DNA of 39,704 nucleotides from a virus. Taxonomy: Duplodnaviria; Caudoviricetes. Below are positions 35,826 through 39,704 of this stretch, piece by piece. A model generated the notes under the pieces. That model saw only the letters and a program-made list of their open reading frames with translations. It was not told the DNA's origin and did not search any database. Position 1 is the stretch's first letter. The number at the start of each line of letters is the position of its first letter. The DNA is taken from IMG/VR virus record IMGVR_UViG_3300043423_000188, positions 1-39,704 of that record. One strand, written 5' to 3'. A program made the position numbers and the translations under genes.

Positions 35826-36770
35826 TCAAGCCATCGGAATCGGAGGGGGAGCAACGAACTCTTCTTTTTGCTCCATTTCATTGTCATAAGACTCGAGTGC
35901 ATCTCCGCCAAATGTCTTTCGCATTTGGTTTGCCGCTTCCTTACTATTTCCGCTGCTCCATGTTGATTGAATCGAGTCTGGGTCGATTACAGACCGAATT
36001 TCAGCTCGCTCGTAATCTAGAAGTGGGCGGCCGGATAGAAATAGCCTTCCGTCTTCAAATCGTGGCCAAAAGAAGCCTATATCGGTTGAATTTAAGTATT
36101 GGTAAATTTTTACTGCTTGAGGCGCACCACCGATGCTATCGTTAGCAGAAGAATTTCTGAGAAGATCCCGAATGCATTCGAAAGGCTCCAAGTTGAACCT
36201 TGCTGTTGGGGGGTGACGCATGTCAAGACCATAGCGCGACTGTGCTAAAGCTTTTACATTCTTATGTAACGTTGCAGTCCACTCTGGGTCACCTGCAATT
36301 TCGATCTTTCCAAGTCCACCCAATGCGTTACTTCCCGTTCGCTCATCTGCGATAAAACAGGACATTGTTTGATTGAATTCAATTCGCCACAGTCGAAATG
36401 ATTTTTTCCACCAGTCGTAGCCTCCGAACAAGAAGGTGACATCTGGAATATTTGCTCCATGTGCGAAATTGTGTACCTCACTCTGCATCTGATTTAACAG
36501 ATTAAGCAAGTGAGTCTTGAATTTTGAAAGAGTGAGCGAGCGAGTCTGCGACGGCGCATGAAGATCCGCTGCTTTGATTGCGGCGATGATCATGGGGTAT
36601 GCCCAATCTGTTCTGCCTGCAAAGCAAATGGCCGCATCTGTGCGATTGAAACGGAAAGTTTTTTGGCAATGATCGAATCTTGTGCCATTGCTTAATCGGC
36701 TATCTGAGCAAAAAAAGAGCTCTTCGGCCCCATTTTCTAGGGTTCGAATCCAAGCTGCAGCTATTGTCAT
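35826..36770 (-). CDS. Putative Ntn-hydrolase (proteasome beta/HslV-like fold) protein
   Basis: Starts M-T-I; SDSRLS motif, downstream QK, ICFAG, FLFGGYD and late SIGG motifs echo proteasome-subunit motifs. Confidence 0.6.
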   Translation of the reverse strand: MTIAAAWIRTLENGAEELFFCSDSRLSNGTRFDHCQKTFRFNRTDAAICFAGRTDWAYPMIIAAIKAADLHAPSQTRSLTLSKFKTHLLNLLNQMQSEVHNFAHGANIPDVTFLFGGYDWWKKSFRLWRIEFNQTMSCFIADERTGSNALGGLGKIEIAGDPEWTATLHKNVKALAQSRYGLDMRHPPTARFNLEPFECIRDLLRNSSANDSIGGAPQAVKIYQYLNSTDIGFFWPRFEDGRLFLSGRPLLDYERAEIRSVIDPDSIQSTWSSGNSKEAANQMRKTFGGDALESYDNEMEQKEEFVAPPPIPMA

Positions 36771-36850
36771 ATGCGTCGCCAGTAAGTTGTTTTGTATTGA
36801 ATCCTAACGTGCAGTTAGCAGCCGTTTAACCGTTCTCTGCTGTCGGGAAG

Positions 36851-36877
36851 GCCAGCTGGCTAAATTGTGCACAATTT
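36851..36877. repeat. Two adjacent perfect palindromes (operator-like)
   Basis: GCCAGCTGGC (36851-36860) and AAATTGTGCACAATTT (36862-36877). Confidence 0.6.
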
Positions 36878-37361
36878 GCAACGATCCTTTCAGTTTGCGA
36901 AAGTGAACAAACAAAGCATATTTGTCAATGACCGTCGATTGTCAGGGGCTGTGTGATGTGGTTTGTCAAATGGTCTTTCACTTTCTCGACGGTCACAAGC
37001 TAGGCCTTGCATTGCTCCTCAAGGTAGTCGTGCTGTTCGTAGAACTTCTCCTTTAGGCTGGCTGCGGATATTCGCGGCAGACGGTCCCAGCGACCGCTGC
37101 GATCGATACCCGACGCTCGCGGCTGTAAACCGTAGGCTTCACGAAATACCGCCGCGTTGCTCGATTCGTTGCGGAGACGCATCAAGCGAAGCGTTAACCC
37201 CAAATTCTTCCGTAACTGCGACAGAGTCTGTTCGATTGCGGTCTAATCAACGCACAGGAAGGGGCTCGACATAGTACGCGCGGATGCAACCGGGTTGTAT
37301 TGAAGCCTCTTGTGTCAATGCCGTTGCAAACGCGGCAACTCAATACAGGAGGCACAGCATC

Positions 37362-39704
37362 GTGACCACACCAGCAGCACCAGCAATTTCGTCCGGTAGC
37401 ATTACGCTGCGGTATGTCGAGTTGTGCAAGTTCCGTCGCCTGGGCAAGGTCCAATTGGACTTGGACCCGCTGACGACGATTCTCGTGGGCGCCAACAACA
37501 GCGGCAAGACCGCCATCCTCACCGCGCTTCGGCACTTCCTAGCTGAATCCTCGCCCTTTGGCGCGTTCGACATCAGCCTCTCGGAGTGGCCCGTGCTTCG
37601 CGCGCTGGGCGTCAAATGGGAATCGTTGACGGAAGATCCGGCGACCGCCGCACCGAAGGAGGGCGACAACTGGGAGGACGAGCTAGCGACGCTGTTGGCG
37701 GCGATGCCCACGCTGGATTTGTGGTTCGACGCTGAGGCCGGGATGTTCCACTACGTTCAGCCCTTCTTGTCCAAGTTGGTTTGGAAAGGTGGCGCTGTTG
37801 GCGTCCGGCTGCGCCTGGAGCCGGCCAGCGATGTCGCGTCGCTCAAAGAGCTGGCCTGGGCCTACAACTTGGCGCGCCAACCTGTGAAGGGCATTAGCAG
37901 CGATTCGCTGGCCTGGCCGATTGACCTGCTTGACTACTGGCTACGCGAGCCCAGGAAGCTGGGACAGGTCAAGCCGTACAGCCTTGATGCGGCCAACAAT
38001 CCTATCCAGGGGATCAAGACCTACAAGACCCAGGTCTTGGCGGCGGGCGCGCAGCCAGCCGACCGCAAGCACCTCGCTAAGTTGATCCGCGTCGACTTCG
38101 TGGCCGCCCAGCGTGGCCTCGGCTCGGAAGAGGCCGACTCCAAGTCTACGTCGTCATCACATCCCGTCGGCCTGTTTTCGAACCAGCTCCTGAAGTTTGC
38201 GCGCCAGCACCTCAACGTCGCCGTCACTGGGCACGGGCAACGCGCCGACCTCATCCAGGCGGTCGCCAATGCGCAGAAGGACCTTGACCTGAAAATACAC
38301 GAAGCCTTGGCGTCCTCGGTGGCCGAGGTGAAGATGCTCGGCTACCCCGGCCTTCATGATCCTCAGGAAATCAGGTTCAGGACGCGTATCCACACCGCCG
38401 ACCTGCTTGACCACAGTACTGCCGTCCAGTACAGCATGAAAGGCGGGACCGGCGAAGACATGCTGCCGGAGTTCTCGATCGGCTTGGGTTACCAAAACCT
38501 GCAGTCGCTGAGCTACCAGCTCGTGTCGTTCAAGACCGCGCGCATGAACCCTGAGAAAGGCTCGCCGCCACCGGTCCACCTCGTCATGATCGAGGAGCCC
38601 GAGGCCCACTTGCACGTCCAGGTGCAGCGCATCTTTCCGGACAAGGCGCACAAGCTCATCAGCCCGACCGATAGTGATGCCAGCGCGCTGCAAAGCCAGT
38701 TGCTGATCAGCACCCATTCCAGTCATCTCGCGCACGCCGAGGACTTCGATCGGCTGCGGTACGTGCGGCGGATTCCAGCCTCGACGTCCTATCCAACGCC
38801 GAGCACCGAAGTTGTCGACCTGGGGGAAGTGTTCGGCGACGACGAGGAGACACGGCAATTCGCGGAACGCTACTTTCGCGTGCAACACACCGATCTTCTG
38901 TTCGCCAACGCCGCACTGTTCGTGGAAGGAGTCGCAGAGCGGATGCTCGTGCCGCTCTTCATGGAGCTGAAGTACGAGAAATTGAACAGCCGCTACGTCT
39001 CTTTCCTGGACATCGGTGGCAGCCACGCACATCGGCTGAGGCCCTTGGTTGAGAAGCTCCGGATTCCTACCGTCGTCATCACCGACCTCGATCCCACCGA
39101 GAAGAAGGCCGGCCCCAAAGGCAAGATGCGCTGGATGGCCACGGCGAACACAGGCCAGGCCGGCCTAAGGTGTGGCAATGCCACGCTACGCGAATGGCAT
39201 CCCAAACTGCAAAACGTGGACGACTTCAAGGCGCCAACTTCCGCCCAACTCATCTGGACCGGTGCACCGGACTGCAAGGTGCGGTTCGCATGGCAGCTGC
39301 CGGTCTCTGAGGCGGGCAATCAATGGCCGACGACCTTCGAGGACTCGCTGATCCTTACCAACATCGACTGGTTCAAGGGGCTGAATAAGTTGGCTGAAGA
39401 GACTGAGGCTGCCAAGGCCGGCGGCCAACAAAAGGCCGAGGACGAAGACAAGGAAAAGAAGGTCAGGCCACCTACCGGCGCACTTGCCGAAGCGGCCGAG
39501 GTCGTGGCAGGTGCTGCCACCCACGTGGATCTACTGCAGGCCCTACATGGGCTGATGCGGGATTCGTTCAGCAAAGGCGATTTTGCGGCCAGCATCTTTG
39601 AGCGCGTCGCGGCCGGTGAGGATGTCACGTGCCCCAAGTACATCGCCGACGCCCTCAGCTGGCTACAGGATGAACTCGATCCTGCCGGAAGTATGACGCT
39701 ATGA
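37362..39704 (+). CDS. OLD-family ATP-dependent nuclease (ABC ATPase + TOPRIM), GajA-like
   Basis: Walker A GANNSGKT, signature-like IGLGYQN, Walker B IEEPEAHLH, STHSSH, TOPRIM FVEGVAE and ITDLD; AGGAGG RBS before GTG at 37362. Confidence 0.9.
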   Translation: MTTPAAPAISSGSITLRYVELCKFRRLGKVQLDLDPLTTILVGANNSGKTAILTALRHFLAESSPFGAFDISLSEWPVLRALGVKWESLTEDPATAAPKEGDNWEDELATLLAAMPTLDLWFDAEAGMFHYVQPFLSKLVWKGGAVGVRLRLEPASDVASLKELAWAYNLARQPVKGISSDSLAWPIDLLDYWLREPRKLGQVKPYSLDAANNPIQGIKTYKTQVLAAGAQPADRKHLAKLIRVDFVAAQRGLGSEEADSKSTSSSHPVGLFSNQLLKFARQHLNVAVTGHGQRADLIQAVANAQKDLDLKIHEALASSVAEVKMLGYPGLHDPQEIRFRTRIHTADLLDHSTAVQYSMKGGTGEDMLPEFSIGLGYQNLQSLSYQLVSFKTARMNPEKGSPPPVHLVMIEEPEAHLHVQVQRIFPDKAHKLISPTDSDASALQSQLLISTHSSHLAHAEDFDRLRYVRRIPASTSYPTPSTEVVDLGEVFGDDEETRQFAERYFRVQHTDLLFANAALFVEGVAERMLVPLFMELKYEKLNSRYVSFLDIGGSHAHRLRPLVEKLRIPTVVITDLDPTEKKAGPKGKMRWMATANTGQAGLRCGNATLREWHPKLQNVDDFKAPTSAQLIWTGAPDCKVRFAWQLPVSEAGNQWPTTFEDSLILTNIDWFKGLNKLAEETEAAKAGGQQKAEDEDKEKKVRPPTGALAEAAEVVAGAATHVDLLQALHGLMRDSFSKGDFAASIFERVAAGEDVTCPKYIADALSWLQDELDPAGSMTL

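Noticed and set aside
37000-37203. Minus-strand 67-aa ORF ending SLKEKFYEQHDYLEEQCKA
   Set aside because: The 3' end looks like a gene remnant but there is no credible start or recognisable family
34792-37361. Prophage attR / tRNA integration site
   Set aside because: No tRNA, integrase or direct repeat could be identified by eye; the left prophage end is outside the window
38157-39032. 291-aa minus-strand ORF
   Set aside because: Antisense shadow of the high-GC OLD nuclease gene

Overview
About 35 kb of a lambda-like (long non-contractile tail, cos-type) prophage, probably of a betaproteobacterium (inferred from gene content), followed by accessory genes. Order: early/replication genes (HTH, DUF669-like, DUF6511, P4-type primase-helicase, candidate origin, DUF6362), a lambda-like cos signature at ~5.8 kb, ParB-methylase, an HU + Crp/Fnr insert, a leftward cluster of small genes, then a complete late operon (terminases, gpW, portal, S49 protease with internal scaffold start, decoration, capsid, neck, tail tube, G/GT frameshift chaperones, tape measure, M, fibres, L/K/J, holin, GH73 endolysin, Rz with embedded Rz1). 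Right of lysis lie two lower-GC leftward genes (one a proteasome-like Ntn hydrolase) and a high-GC OLD/GajA-type nuclease. No integrase or att site is visible. The most striking item is a four-gene cassette inside the tail operon (26749-30152): a small tail-fibre protein whose C-terminus carries repeated Asn/Asp-Cys motifs and ends NCNCDCNCC, an unknown protein with an Ig-like tail, a 2OG-Fe(II)-oxygenase-like protein and a radical SAM/SPASM enzyme. This suggests RiPP-type post-translational modification of a virion receptor-binding protein. Family assignments come from motif recognition only; no database search was run.
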